A stretch of 64,000 nt of DNA from an uncultured Planctomycetota bacterium (GTDB taxonomy: Bacteria > Planctomycetota > Planctomycetia > Pirellulales > Lacipirellulaceae). Positions 54,222 to 64,000 of the stretch are shown piece by piece. Positions within the stretch are counted from its first letter, which is position 1. Each line of letters begins with the position of its first letter. Below the pieces are notes generated by a model. The model was not told where the DNA came from. It searched no databases and saw only the letters and a program-made list of their open reading frames with translations. The position numbers and the translations under genes were made by a program. Location of the stretch: NCBI GenBank assembly GCA_963719315.1, contig CAVRBU010000002.1, positions 320,001 through 384,000 on the forward strand, written 5' to 3'.

Positions 54222-55632
54222 TTATGCGCGGCCTTCTATTTGGCGGACGATTTCGGCGGCGGCGGGGCCGGTTTGGATCGTGGGGGCGTGGGCGCGCGAG
54301 AAGACGGCCACGATTTCGAAGTGGCGGCGATCCAACGCCATTCGCAACAAGTCGCCGGCGGCTAGGGCGAAGCGGCCGGCGTGGCGGTGAAGATCGAACT
54401 GCACGCCAGCGATGCCTTCGTAGGCTCGGTAAATTACTTCGGTGCAAACCAGCCGGTGCGAGGCGCAGAAATCGAAATCGAAGTCGTATGGCTTCCCTTC
54501 GTGCATGAGGGCTTGAGCCACTGCCAAGGCGACGTTTTGCGGATCGAGCATGGGTCGCACGACGACGACCGAATCGGAATTAAACGGCGAGTTGACCGAT
54601 CGAATCCGCACGCCGTCTTTCATCGCCTCCAAAACGCACGGATGCTGCGGGCCGTCGGCCCACGCGTTGGCCGGGTCGGGAGCTAGGACGAACGTGAGCG
54701 GCGTCGCGCTCGCCAGCTTGGCCAGCCGCGGCTCGACGTGCGGATGACGAGCGATCTCTGTGCATTCAAGATCGGCGGCGGTGCCCAGATAGAGTGCGGC
54801 GTGGGGCCAGTAGCCGGGCAAAAAGTAGTTTGTGACGGCAAAGTCCTTGCGGACTACGAGCACGTCGCCGGGCCGCAATAATCGGGCGACTTCGGCTCGA
54901 ACCTCCTTCGGCAGGCTGGGCGCGTGGCCGGGCCGGACGCGAACTGCGGCCAGACCGCGGCCGACGGCTTCCTGCACGCCGTACACGGCGCGGCCGAGCA
55001 CGTCGCGACCGATATGGCGGATTGCCCGCCGGCCGCGAACGCGGGCCCGTGTCCGCACGTAGGTCCAGAGTGAAGGCCGCAGCCGGTCGCGCAGGCGGTC
55101 GATGATGGCTAGGAGGGGTTCGAGGCCGTCGGCACTTGCCGAAGAGAATAGTTGTTCGCGGTGGCGATCGAAGTACCGTGTCGCCTGCCAGAGGTGCCAG
55201 GCATGATAAGGGTCGGTGAGCGACTTCTGCACATTGTCGTACATGTGGGCCGGGATGCCGCAGATCGGGTCCGGTTCGTCGAGTTTGCGCCGGACGACGT
55301 TGGGGCGATGGAAAGAATCTCGCAAAAATCGGGCCGCGTCGACCAAGAGCGCGGCGGCCGCCAGGGCCACGAGGAACTGCTGCGGCGTTGCGCGAGCGAT
55401 CTGTTGGGCGTCCTGCCGAGACTTCGTACACCAATTCGAGAAGCTGCGCCCGGGTCTTCCAATACGAGAATTGTAGATGGCGAAGGTGAATTTCCTCGCT
55501 CGGCGTAATGTAGCCGCGAGCGGCCACCAGGACGGGATCGTATATCTCGCGGGCCTGGGCCTTCAGGTCGTCGAGGTATTTACTCAATTCGACCACGGTA
55601 TGGGCGGCCGAGGTTAGCTGCTCATTATTCAT
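54222..55632 (-). CDS. YiiX/YebB-like permuted NlpC/P60 cysteine hydrolase (apparent 1-nt insertion near 55418)
   Basis: LRPGDVL, PGYWPHAALYLG, GKPYDFDFDF...LVCTEV; N-terminus MNNEQLT... lies in the adjacent frame. Confidence 0.82.
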
Positions 55633-55707
55633 ACATGTTGAGCGAATTGGAGTCGAACAACTCGACAGGTAGGGCAAGTTGTTGCCGAATATCCCAAAGC
55701 GGTTATT

Positions 55708-56670
55708 ATGAATTCGGAAGCGACATTTGCAGAGCATCGCACGAAACCGTCTATGGCCGCAACCGCACAAATCTCCGAACGGGCCGGTTGGCTGCAAGAC
55801 GCCAACTCGGTGCTCGTCTCGGCGTTTTGCCACCTGGTAGCGCTAATCGCGCTGGGGCTGCTGACGGTGGTCAACGTCAATGGCTGGGGCGGAGTCAAGC
55901 TGTTCGTGAACCTTGATGAGGGCGGGCCGGAAGCACCGATCGTGGACGGCACGTCGCTCGACGACTCGGTGCATTTGGAGGTCGCCGATAATCCGGCGAC
56001 GGCTCTCGGGCCGACGAACGACCTGGAAATCTCCGCGCCGTTAACGACGGCGCTGTCCGAGCTGAACCCGCTTTCGGGAAACACCGCCGAACTCAGCGGC
56101 GCGAACGGCCACGCGCTCGGCGGCGGCAAACAAGGGGATGGCACCTCCGGCCGTGCGGCCACCGAATTCTTCGGCATCGGCGGCTATGGCCAGACGTTTG
56201 TGTACGTCGTCGATGCTTCGGATAGCATGAATGATAACGGCAAGTTCGAGCGAGCCCGCTATGAGCTGTTGCATTCCATCGAGCAGCTCAAAAGCGATCA
56301 GCGGTACTTCGTGATTTTCTACAACGAAGTGGCGCACCCGATGGATGGCGACGGGCCGTTGCTCGCCACGCAAGATAATCTCGCGAAAACAACCAGCTGG
56401 ATTAATCAGGTCGAACCGACTGGCGGCACGAACCCGCGTCCCGCGTTGCTGCTTGCTCTGACATTGCGGCCGGACGCGATTTATTTCCTTTCAGACGGGC
56501 AGTTCGACCCGAACGTAATGCTGGCGGTTCGGACTCGAAATCGTCAGAACTTGCGGCTGAAAACTCGCATGATTCCGATTCACACGATCGCTTTTTTCGA
56601 CCACAAGGCGGAAGGTCTGATGCGGACGATCGCGCGGAACTCCGGCGGGGAGTATCGGTTTGTGAAGTGA
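55708..56670 (+). CDS. Membrane-anchored von Willebrand factor A domain protein
   Basis: N-terminal TM; YVVDASDSM MIDAS, GGT, FLSDG, IHTIAF, IARNSGGEY; start may be 55753. Confidence 0.87.
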   Translation: MNSEATFAEHRTKPSMAATAQISERAGWLQDANSVLVSAFCHLVALIALGLLTVVNVNGWGGVKLFVNLDEGGPEAPIVDGTSLDDSVHLEVADNPATALGPTNDLEISAPLTTALSELNPLSGNTAELSGANGHALGGGKQGDGTSGRAATEFFGIGGYGQTFVYVVDASDSMNDNGKFERARYELLHSIEQLKSDQRYFVIFYNEVAHPMDGDGPLLATQDNLAKTTSWINQVEPTGGTNPRPALLLALTLRPDAIYFLSDGQFDPNVMLAVRTRNRQNLRLKTRMIPIHTIAFFDHKAEGLMRTIARNSGGEYRFVK

Positions 56671-56751
56671 GTGGCCATATCCGAGATAAGTGGCTGAACT
56701 CGCATGAGTTCAGGTGCTTTGCGCACTTCTCTAGATTTCTTGCGAATTCAG

Positions 56752-57972
56752 CTACCTATTGGCTGGCTCCGTTGGTCGTGCGTCGATCCACACCGAGCGG
56801 TGATCGGTCGCCGTAATCGCTTCGGCGCCGGGTTCGCCAGGTTTGGGCCAGAAGATGCCGCCCCGCACCACTTCCAGGCCGCGAGAGGGGAGCACGTAAT
56901 CGATCCGCAGGCAGCCGTGGCCTTCGTTGGTGAAGTTCGACGTCACGCGAGCCGGGTCGCCGTGGTTATTCGCGAATTGGTCGGGGAACTTTTGTACCGT
57001 GAGCGGGCCGCCTTCGCTTGTGGGCGTGAACGATGCGTTGACGCGCGGATTCTGCAGCAGTTGGTTCATCGTGCCGGGCACGCTTTGGCCATCGACCGAG
57101 TCGGAGTTGAGGTCGCCGACGATGACAAACTGGGCGTCGACGGGCAGGCCACCGTGCTGGCCGGTGTCATCGAGTAGATACGCGCCTTTTCGCGGGTCGA
57201 TATAATCGCCAATCAGCCGGACTTCGTCGTGGTTGCGACAGCCGTTGCGGTCTTCGGGGCCGTCAAACACGGGCGGTGTCGGATGAGAGCACAGAAGATG
57301 CAACGTGAACGGCCGACTTTTGTCGCGGGCCGGAACATCTATCGGCACGTCCCAAAAGCTCTTCGACGAAAGCCGCAAGATGGCAAGGTCGTCATCGTCG
57401 TAGAACGACGTGCCGGTCTTTGGATTGATCGGCAGTTTGGCGTTGGGCATATCGCGCCATAGAAACTTTTGAAAACTGCGAACCCGCTCGCGATCGATTG
57501 GAAACTTCGATAGCACGAGCATCCCATATTGGCCGGGGTGTTTGCCGTAGCCAAATGCATCGTCGGCACTTCCCCGTTTACGGTCGTGACTCAGGTCGCG
57601 GCCGCTGGGCATGCCGGTATTCACCGGGCCCGCAAAGAAATACTCAAACTTGATCGGCTCGCAGCCGTTCAGACCGACGGCCAGATACTTGGTGCGAAAT
57701 AGTTCAGCGGCACGGCCGGCCGCGTCGTAATCGAACTCGTTTAAAAACAGGATCTCGGGCCGCACGCGCTGAATGACTTCGGCGATTTTGCGAGCTTGTT
57801 CATTATCGCCCTTTTCGAGGTCGACGATGAGTTGGCCATCCGCATCCCGAAACATCGACGTATTGTACGTGGCGACGCGGATTGTTCCGTCGTCGGCCAC
57901 GGAATGGCGGCATTGTGAAACGACTAACAGCAGGACGAACACCACGATCCACGATCGATTTGAATTAGACAT
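56752..57972 (-). CDS. Secreted endonuclease/exonuclease/phosphatase family protein
   Basis: Signal peptide; ATYN, LNEFD, HPTPPVFDG, GDLNSD, RIDYVLP, TDHR. Confidence 0.9.
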   Translation of the reverse strand: MSNSNRSWIVVFVLLLVVSQCRHSVADDGTIRVATYNTSMFRDADGQLIVDLEKGDNEQARKIAEVIQRVRPEILFLNEFDYDAAGRAAELFRTKYLAVGLNGCEPIKFEYFFAGPVNTGMPSGRDLSHDRKRGSADDAFGYGKHPGQYGMLVLSKFPIDRERVRSFQKFLWRDMPNAKLPINPKTGTSFYDDDDLAILRLSSKSFWDVPIDVPARDKSRPFTLHLLCSHPTPPVFDGPEDRNGCRNHDEVRLIGDYIDPRKGAYLLDDTGQHGGLPVDAQFVIVGDLNSDSVDGQSVPGTMNQLLQNPRVNASFTPTSEGGPLTVQKFPDQFANNHGDPARVTSNFTNEGHGCLRIDYVLPSRGLEVVRGGIFWPKPGEPGAEAITATDHRSVWIDARPTEPANR

Positions 57973-58021
57973 GATGGTGAACCTGGGCGTTACTAATGGA
58001 AATTCAGTCGGAAGCTATTTG

Positions 58022-58091
58022 ACCACGGATAACTCGGATGGCCACGGATTATTTCTACGAAACTCATCCGTGATACACAGTCATCCGTGGT
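58022..58091. repeat. Nonamer-periodic inverted-arm element (CACGGAT type)
   Basis: ACCACGGAT AACTCGGAT GGCCACGGAT ... ATCCGTGAT ACACAGTC ATCCGTGGT. Confidence 0.75.
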
Positions 58092-58392
58092 AAAATATCG
58101 GCCGTTTGGCATGCGTCGCCAAACTTGGAGGGTTAGGCATATTGTACGGGGCGAGCGGTCGGCACGGCGAGCGCTGCGTCGGGGAAAAAATCGCGTGGAG
58201 CTTCGTGGATTCTTCACATCGCGTGCGGCAACGGCTAAAATGGACCGCGCCTGGCCCGGGGTACGATGCGGGCGCACTCCGGGGTTTCGATTTCTCGCGG
58301 CGAGCGGCGCCGCGCGTGGAATAAAGGATGAAGCCATGTCTGTTACATTGGTGGCGGAGCGGCTGGCGGTTCGACCAACGACTGAGGAGTTT

Positions 58393-59025
58393 ATGAGCGG
58401 AGTGTTCGAAGTTCAGCATCCGCTGATCGCTTGCCACATCACGCGATTGCGAGATAAGACCACGCCGCCGCCGGAGTTTCGACAATTGGTGCATCGGCTC
58501 GCGTCGCTGCTCGCGTACGAGGCGACGAAGGATCTGCGGGCCGAGCCGGTCAAGGTGCAAACGCCGCTCACCACGACCGAGGGTCGGCAACTTTCACAAC
58601 GGATCGGTCTGATCCCGATTTTGCGGGCCGGGCTGGGGATGATCGATCCGGTACTGGAATTGATTCCCACGGCAGAGGTCTGGCATCTTGGATTGTATCG
58701 CGACGAAGAGACAGCGAAGCCGGTTAAGTATTATTCAAAGCTGCCGCCGGAACGGCCGGTGGATGTCGCCCTGATTCTCGATCCGATGCTCGCGACGGGC
58801 GGGTCGGCTGTTGACGCGCTAGGGACGCTTCGGGATTGGGGAGTGTCGCAGGTGAAATTGTTGTCGCTGATCGCGGCCGAAGAGGGCTTGAAGCGGGTCG
58901 AACTGGAGTATCCGAACGCTCAGATTTACGTTTGCCAGATCGATCCGCATTTGAACGATCGCAAGTTCATCGTGCCGGGACTAGGAGACGCCGGTGACCG
59001 GATCTTTAATACGCTGGGTCAATAG
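58393..59025 (+). CDS. upp: Uracil phosphoribosyltransferase
   Basis: HPLI, PILRAGLGM, DPMLATGGS, IVPGLGDAGDR; GAGGAG RBS. Confidence 0.97.
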   Translation: MSGVFEVQHPLIACHITRLRDKTTPPPEFRQLVHRLASLLAYEATKDLRAEPVKVQTPLTTTEGRQLSQRIGLIPILRAGLGMIDPVLELIPTAEVWHLGLYRDEETAKPVKYYSKLPPERPVDVALILDPMLATGGSAVDALGTLRDWGVSQVKLLSLIAAEEGLKRVELEYPNAQIYVCQIDPHLNDRKFIVPGLGDAGDRIFNTLGQ

Positions 59026-59051
59026 CCGCGGCGTTGTAAGTGGTTTTCTTG

Positions 59052-59166
59052 ACCACGAGGCTCGAAGGGCACCAAGGCCGGATTCTGTTTCCGTGCCGTA
59101 CACGTTGAAGCGCGATCATTTGATTTTTTGAATTGGTGTTCTTCGTGTTCTTTGTGCCTTCATGTT
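59052..59166. repeat. Nonamer-periodic inverted-arm element (CACGAAG type)
   Basis: ACCACGAGG CTCGAAGGG CACCAAGG ... CTTCGTGTT CTTTGTGC CTTCATGTT. Confidence 0.65.
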
Positions 59167-59197
59167 CGATTGCTTTAACAGGAACTTTGGTAGCACC

Positions 59198-59752
59198 ATG
59201 AACATTTTGCTCAGCAAGGAAGATTTGCACGATGGCGTTACGCGGATGGCCGATGAGATTTCGACCTGCTACGAAGATCGGCAGCTTACGATTGTCGGCG
59301 TGCTGACGGGCAGCGTGGTGCTGATGGCCGATTTAATTCGGATGATCGATCTGCCGATGCGCGTGGGCGTACTGCAGGCCAGCAGCTATCGCGGGGCGAC
59401 GACGACGCGCGGCGAGTTGGTGATCAACTCGGAACTGATGCTCGATATTTCGGGCCGCGACGTGCTGTTGGTGGACGACATCTTCGATACCGGTCACACG
59501 CTGGTGCGGACGCTTGAGAAAATGCGTGAGCTCGGGCCGACGTCGATCCGCTCCGCGGTGCTGCTCCGCAAGAATGGCCGGCAGGAAATCGATTACAAGC
59601 CGGATTTCGTGGGGTTCGATATTCCGGATGAGTTCGTGGTCGGTTACGGGCTCGATTACGAGGATATGTATCGCAATCTGCCGTATTTGGCGGCACTAGA
59701 GCCGGATGACATCTCGCGGCACAAAGAGGCGATGGCCGCAAGCCAAGAGTAG
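59198..59752 (+). CDS. hpt: Hypoxanthine phosphoribosyltransferase
   Basis: SSY, VLLVDDIFDTGHTL, FVVGYGLDY...RNLPY. Confidence 0.96.
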   Translation: MNILLSKEDLHDGVTRMADEISTCYEDRQLTIVGVLTGSVVLMADLIRMIDLPMRVGVLQASSYRGATTTRGELVINSELMLDISGRDVLLVDDIFDTGHTLVRTLEKMRELGPTSIRSAVLLRKNGRQEIDYKPDFVGFDIPDEFVVGYGLDYEDMYRNLPYLAALEPDDISRHKEAMAASQE

Positions 59753-59858
59753 TCGTCTCGCTTTGCGAGACAAAAGTTGTAGGGTTGGGTCGAGGAAGAG
59801 GCCCACCACTGCTGCCGACTACTAACCGCGGTGGGTCTCGCAACGCGACCCGGCCTAC
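59749..59858. repeat. GTAG-REP cluster between convergent hpt and cdd
   Basis: GTAGTCGTCTCGCTTTGCGAGAC hairpin, then GTAGGGTTGGGTC...GACCCGGCCTAC inverted pair. Confidence 0.65.
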
Positions 59859-59860
59859 GC

Positions 59861-60256
59861 TTACACTGGCCCCTCAAATCGGCTCGGTAGGAGTCGATCG
59901 AGTGTCGCTCTGTGGCCTTCGTTCGGCTTGAGCGAGTCGACCATTACGATCGGCAGGTTGGGTGCGAACTCGGCGAGGAACTGGCGACAGGCGCCGCAGG
60001 GCGAAACCCCGCCGCGACTGACGACGGCGATCGCCGTGAATTCCCGCTCGCCGTTGGCCACCGCTGCCGAGGCGGCGACGCGCTCGGCGCAAATCGTCAG
60101 GCCGTATGAGGCGTTTTCGACGTTGACTCCCTGGTAGATGCGACCGCTCGCCGTGCGCAGCGCCGCACCTACTGGAAAATTCGAGTAGGGGCAGAACGCG
60201 CGCTTCTGAGCGTCGAGGGCGGATTGAACCAGTTCGTCGCGGTCGGAGTCAGTCAT
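59861..60256 (-). CDS. cdd: Cytidine deaminase
   Basis: PYSNFPVGAA, NVENASY, CAER, PCGACRQ. Confidence 0.96.
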   Translation of the reverse strand: MTDSDRDELVQSALDAQKRAFCPYSNFPVGAALRTASGRIYQGVNVENASYGLTICAERVAASAAVANGEREFTAIAVVSRGGVSPCGACRQFLAEFAPNLPIVMVDSLKPNEGHRATLDRLLPSRFEGPV

Positions 60257-60277
60257 GGGCGTAAATCTATAGGTTTA

Positions 60278-60385
60278 TTTGTCCGCAGAATTCGCACATG
60301 ATCGCAGATCGCGGAAAAACACCAAGGAACGTAAAAAGCCAATCACAAAAGCTATCTGCGAATATCTGCGCCATCTGCGGACAAA
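60278..60385. repeat. Nonamer-periodic inverted-arm element (CGCAGAT type)
   Basis: Perfect 12-bp ends TTTGTCCGCAGA / TCTGCGGACAAA; ATCTGCG three times in the right arm. Confidence 0.78.
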
Positions 60386-60403
60386 ACAGTATTGCGAGAC
60401 GCC

Positions 60404-61687
60404 CTACGCTATTCGTTCCACAATCAGCGGCGGCGGCTCGGTTTGATTGTCGCTGATGGTGATGGCGGCTAGCAAGTCGCGCTTGATGTGGGCGACCGCT
60501 TCCGGTTGGGCGAACACGCGGGCCAGGGGTTGGCCGGGCTCGACCTTGTCGCCCAGGCGGACCAGCATTTCGAAGCCGACGCCGAGGTCGAGCTTGTCGC
60601 CCAGTTGGCGGCGGCCGCCGCCCAGGTTGATGACGACAAAGCCCAGTCGCTCGGTGTCGATCGCGTTGACGTAGCCGCCCCAGGGGCTGCCGATGTCGTG
60701 GGCCGGGGCGACGGGTCGCGTGGCGTCGAGATCGCCCCCCTGGGCAGCCACCATTTCGCGAAACTTTTCGAGGCCGGCTCCGGAGGAGATCGCTTTTTCG
60801 AGCCGTTTGCGGGCGGCTGCTGTCGTCGATTCCCGTTTTGCGAGCACCAGGAGTTCGGCGCCGAGCTGGAGCGTGACCTCCATCAAATCCGCTGGCCCCT
60901 TCCCCATCAGCGCATCCACGGATTCGTTCACTTCGTTGGCGTTGCCGGCCATGCGGCCGAGCGGTTGGTTCATGTCGGTGAGCAGAGCGGCGGTCGGCAC
61001 TCCCATGCGCTTGCCCGTGTCGACCATCGACTTGGCAAGCGCCCGGGCATCGTCGAGCGTCTTCATGAACGCGCCGGTGCCGTGCTTCACATCGAGCACG
61101 AGGGCATCGAGCCCCTCGGCCAGCTTCTTGCTCATGATGCTAGCGGTGATAAGCGGAATCGAAGGCACGGTGCCGGTCACGTCGCGGAGGGCGTAGAGTT
61201 TGCGGTCGGCCGGGACCAGGTCAGCGGTCGCTCCGCTGATCACGCAGCCCACGTCGCGGCAGACTTGTTGAAACTCGGCCGTGCTGAGATTCGTGCGAAA
61301 GCCGGGGATGGCTTCGAGCTTGTCGAGCGTGCCGCCGGTCGCGCCGAGGCCGCGGCCGGAGATCATCGGCACTTGCAGATCGCAGCAGGCGAGAAGCGGC
61401 GCGAGCGGGAGCGATACCTTGTCGCCGATGCCGCCAGTCGAGTGTTTGTCGACCATCGGCGATTCGCCGGCCGGCCACGCGAACGTGATGCCGGAGTGGA
61501 GCATGTGCTCGGTGAGCGCAGCCGTCTCGGCCACCGTCATGCCGCGCAGGTAAACGGCCATCGCCCACGATGCCATCTGATAGTCAGGGACATCGCCGCG
61601 AACGTAGCCGGCGATGAGCGAGCCGATTTCGTCCTCGGTCAGCTCGCCGCCGTCGCGCTTTTTCGAGATGAGGCTGACTACGTTCAT
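60404..61687 (-). CDS. pdp: Pyrimidine-nucleoside (thymidine) phosphorylase
   Basis: KKRDG, DKHSTGGIGDK, SGRGLG.TGGTLDKLE, YALRDVT, SIMSKK. Confidence 0.95.
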   Translation of the reverse strand: MNVVSLISKKRDGGELTEDEIGSLIAGYVRGDVPDYQMASWAMAVYLRGMTVAETAALTEHMLHSGITFAWPAGESPMVDKHSTGGIGDKVSLPLAPLLACCDLQVPMISGRGLGATGGTLDKLEAIPGFRTNLSTAEFQQVCRDVGCVISGATADLVPADRKLYALRDVTGTVPSIPLITASIMSKKLAEGLDALVLDVKHGTGAFMKTLDDARALAKSMVDTGKRMGVPTAALLTDMNQPLGRMAGNANEVNESVDALMGKGPADLMEVTLQLGAELLVLAKRESTTAAARKRLEKAISSGAGLEKFREMVAAQGGDLDATRPVAPAHDIGSPWGGYVNAIDTERLGFVVINLGGGRRQLGDKLDLGVGFEMLVRLGDKVEPGQPLARVFAQPEAVAHIKRDLLAAITISDNQTEPPPLIVERIA

Positions 61688-61691
61688 GGTG

Positions 61692-61779
61692 ATAGGATAA
61701 GGGATGCAGGATGCGGGGGGCAGGGACAAGGCATTGTTTGATATACCCTGCCCCCTGCATCCCGCCTACTGCATCCTAT
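61692..61779. repeat. Heptamer-periodic inverted-arm element (AGGATGC type)
   Basis: AGGATAA GGGATGC AGGATGC GGGGGGC AGGG ... CCCT GCCCCCT GCATCCC GCCTACT GCATCCT. Confidence 0.75.
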
Positions 61780-61806
61780 TTGTCCAATGTCATTTAGGTC
61801 GTAGTC

Positions 61807-61840
61807 GTAGGGTGTGTGTCGCAGACTCGACACACCCTAC
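61807..61840. repeat. GTAG-REP hairpin
   Basis: GTAGGGTGTGTGTCGCAGACTCGACACACCCTAC; CTAC supplies the punA stop on the minus strand. Confidence 0.7.
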
Positions 61841-62658
61841 ATATTAGCAATAACCCCTTCGACGATCGCTTGCAGTTTACCGCGGGCGGTTTCGGCGGTG
61901 GCGATGACTTCGTGGCCGCTGGTGGTGACTTGCTTGTCGGGTGAGCAGATGTTGGTGATGGTGGAGAGGCCTAGAACTCGAAGGCCGGCGTGGACGGCGA
62001 CGATCGCTTCGGGGACGGTGGACATGCCGACAGCATCGGCGTCGAAGTAGCGAAGCATGCGGATTTCAGCCCGGGTTTCGTAGGTTGGGCCGAGCATCGC
62101 TGCGTAGACGCCGCGGTGGCACGCGAAATCTTGCCGGCGGGCAATCGCGAGGGCCAGGTCGCCGAGGCGGCGATCGTAGGGTGCGCCCATATCGGGAAAT
62201 CGTGGGCCAAGTTGGTCGTCGTTGATGCCGACGAGCGGGTTGCGGTTGAGCAGGTTGATGTGGTCGTCGATGACCATCACGTCGCCGCAGTTGAAATTCG
62301 GATTCAGGCCGCCGGCGGCATTGGAAACAATCAATAGCTCGATGCCGAGGGCGTGTAGCACGCGGACTGGGAACGTCGCCCGCTCCGCTGAGTAGCCTTC
62401 GTAACAATGGAAGCGGCCCTGCATGGCGACGACCGACACGCCGCCGAGCTTGCCGCAGAGCAGCCGGCCGCGATGGCCGACGGCGGTGGACTTCAAAAAA
62501 TGAGGCATGTCTCCGTAGTCGATGGCCGTATCGAGTTCGATCGATTCGCCGACGCCGCCCAGCCCTGAACCGAGAATGATGCCGCACCGCGGCCGCTCGC
62601 TCCAGCGGGAGCGGATAAAAGCGGCGGATTCGGCGATTTGCGGGCGTAGATGTTGCAT
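61837..62658 (-). CDS. punA: Purine-nucleoside phosphorylase (trimeric type), paralog 1
   Basis: ILGSGLG, GRFHCYEG, NAAGG, GPTYETRAE, VGMSTVPE, ITN. Confidence 0.95.
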   Translation of the reverse strand: MQHLRPQIAESAAFIRSRWSERPRCGIILGSGLGGVGESIELDTAIDYGDMPHFLKSTAVGHRGRLLCGKLGGVSVVAMQGRFHCYEGYSAERATFPVRVLHALGIELLIVSNAAGGLNPNFNCGDVMVIDDHINLLNRNPLVGINDDQLGPRFPDMGAPYDRRLGDLALAIARRQDFACHRGVYAAMLGPTYETRAEIRMLRYFDADAVGMSTVPEAIVAVHAGLRVLGLSTITNICSPDKQVTTSGHEVIATAETARGKLQAIVEGVIANM

Positions 62659-62666
62659 TATCTAGT

Positions 62667-62808
62667 AACCACAAGGCACAAAGGATACAGAGAAATGAAG
62701 ATTGGTCATTTGTAATTTGTCATTTGAAATTGGTAATTTCTGAAATGGCCAATGACAAATGACAAATTTGCAATGACAAATCGTTTCTCCTTTGCACCCC
62801 GTGTGGTT
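62667..62808. repeat. Nested element: nonamer-type outer arms around heptamer ATTTGTC/GACAAAT inner arms
   Basis: Outer AACCACAAGGCACAAAGG ... CCTTTGCACCCCGTGTGGTT; inner ATTGGTC ATTTGTA ATTTGTC ATTTGAA ATTGGTA (62701-62735) and AATGACA AATGACA AATTTGC AATGACA (62751-62778). Confidence 0.72.
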
Positions 62809-63647
62809 CAACTCATTTTCTTAGCCGCGTCGTATTTGAGGACTCCGCAGACCAATGCTCGCAGTTTCGGCGCAGCGGCGTTGGCGGTGGCGATGATTTG
62901 CTCGACGTTTACCGGTTCGGCGTGGTCGGGGTAGCACATGTCGGTGATGACCGAGAGGCCGAACGTGCGGAGGCCGCAGTGGACCGCGACGATCGCTTCC
63001 GGGATCGTGGACATGCCGACAACGTCGGAGCCGATCCGGCGCAAAAAGCGGTACTCGGCCCGCGTTTCGAGATTCGGGCCGGTGACGGCGACTGTGACGC
63101 CGCGATGGGCGACGAAGTTTTCCTTGCGGGCGATCTCCAGGCCGGCGTCGATCAGCTCGGGGTCGTAGGGTTGCGACATATCGGGAAACCTCGGGCCAAG
63201 CCGGTCGTCGTTGATGCCCACCAGCGGATTGTCGCCCATGAGGTTGATCTGGTCATCGATGATCATGATGTCGCCAGCGCGATACATCGTGTTGAGGCCG
63301 CCGACGGCTTGCGAGACGATCAGCAGCTTTGCGCCGAGCCGCTTCATGACGCGGACGGGCAGCGTGACTTTCTTGAGCGGGTAGCCTTCGTACTGATGGA
63401 AGCGGCCTTCCATGACGACGACGGGCACTCCTTCCAGCCGGCCGCAGACCAACCGGCCGCGGTGGCTGGTGGCCGTGGATTTTGGGAAGTTCGGGATCGT
63501 TTCGTAATCGAGCGAGGCCGCGATGTCGATCTTCTCGACCAAGCCGCCGAGGCCGGTGCCGAGGATGATGCCGGCGTGGGGCGTTTCCTTGAACTTAGCC
63601 TGGATGGCAGTGGCTGCGGCTTCGATTTGGTCGTAGAGGTCGAGCAT
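62808..63647 (-). CDS. punA: Purine-nucleoside phosphorylase (trimeric type), paralog 2
   Basis: ILGTGLG, GRFHQYEG, GPNLETRAE, VGMSTIPE, ITD; start ATG 63647. Confidence 0.95.
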   Translation of the reverse strand: MLDLYDQIEAAATAIQAKFKETPHAGIILGTGLGGLVEKIDIAASLDYETIPNFPKSTATSHRGRLVCGRLEGVPVVVMEGRFHQYEGYPLKKVTLPVRVMKRLGAKLLIVSQAVGGLNTMYRAGDIMIIDDQINLMGDNPLVGINDDRLGPRFPDMSQPYDPELIDAGLEIARKENFVAHRGVTVAVTGPNLETRAEYRFLRRIGSDVVGMSTIPEAIVAVHCGLRTFGLSVITDMCYPDHAEPVNVEQIIATANAAAPKLRALVCGVLKYDAAKKMS

Positions 63648-63804
63648 GTGGGGCGCTCCAGGAAGATCGCGGCAAGGCGAAATGTAAGTTAGCGGGTCCG
63701 TAGTCGCGTAGCAACGGGATGACGCAGGCCCAACAGGTCGATCGTAAATAGCCAACCGGGGGCTTCCGCCGCAGGCTATTGAACGTCGCCGCGTTGCGGG
63801 TGCA

Positions 63805-64000
63805 TCAATACTTCTCGGCGGTGGCGGCGGCTGGGTTCGCGCCTTGGGCTTCTTGGACGATCTGCACGCCGGCGCTGGCGCCGAGGCGGGTGGCGCCGGC
63901 TTGGATCATGCGTTCGGCGTCCTGCAGATTGCGAATGCCGCCGGAGGCTTTGACGCCCATGCCGGTTCCGGCGACCGCTTTGCTCATGAGGGCCACATCT
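63805..64000 (-). CDS. deoC: Deoxyribose-phosphate aldolase, C-terminal part (cut by window edge)
   Basis: [18 protein letters not shown]. Confidence 0.9.
   Translation of the reverse strand, partial: DVALMSKAVAGTGMGVKASGGIRNLQDAERMIQAGATRLGASAGVQIVQEAQGANPAAATAEKY

Overview
64-kb window of a GC-rich bacterial chromosome. DUF1559 prepilin-like, LExRxxLS, PEP-CTERM/dockerin and ECF-sigma/Ser-Thr kinase genes point to a planctomycete (Pirellulales-like; inference). Most of it is housekeeping: gnd, zwf, psd-pssA, riboflavin synthase, rsmA, hisB, PPi-type pfk, accBC, lspA, thrC, dapB, thiC, recA and a nucleoside-salvage block (upp, hpt, cdd, pdp, two punA, deoC). Accessory parts are two complete IS elements with visible inverted repeats and target duplications, a small TA/defence-like island (29.3-31.9 kb), a three-gene MotA/TolQ-type motor operon, and an ECF-kinase locus followed by large secreted-protein genes. 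The best novelty candidates are: (1) a single 1119-aa ORF built as signal peptide-propeller-PEP-CTERM-second signal peptide-propeller-PEP-CTERM, i.e. a probable secreted polyprotein; (2) the motor operon with a long-tailed ExbB/MotA subunit and two dissimilar ExbD-like partners; (3) at least eight intergenic elements made of inverted arms with 7- or 9-nt periodicity; (4) a tandem palindromic operator over the recA promoter. Six otherwise intact genes carry single-base frameshifts that are probably sequencing errors. No rRNA, tRNA or CRISPR array was seen. All calls are by eye, without database searches.
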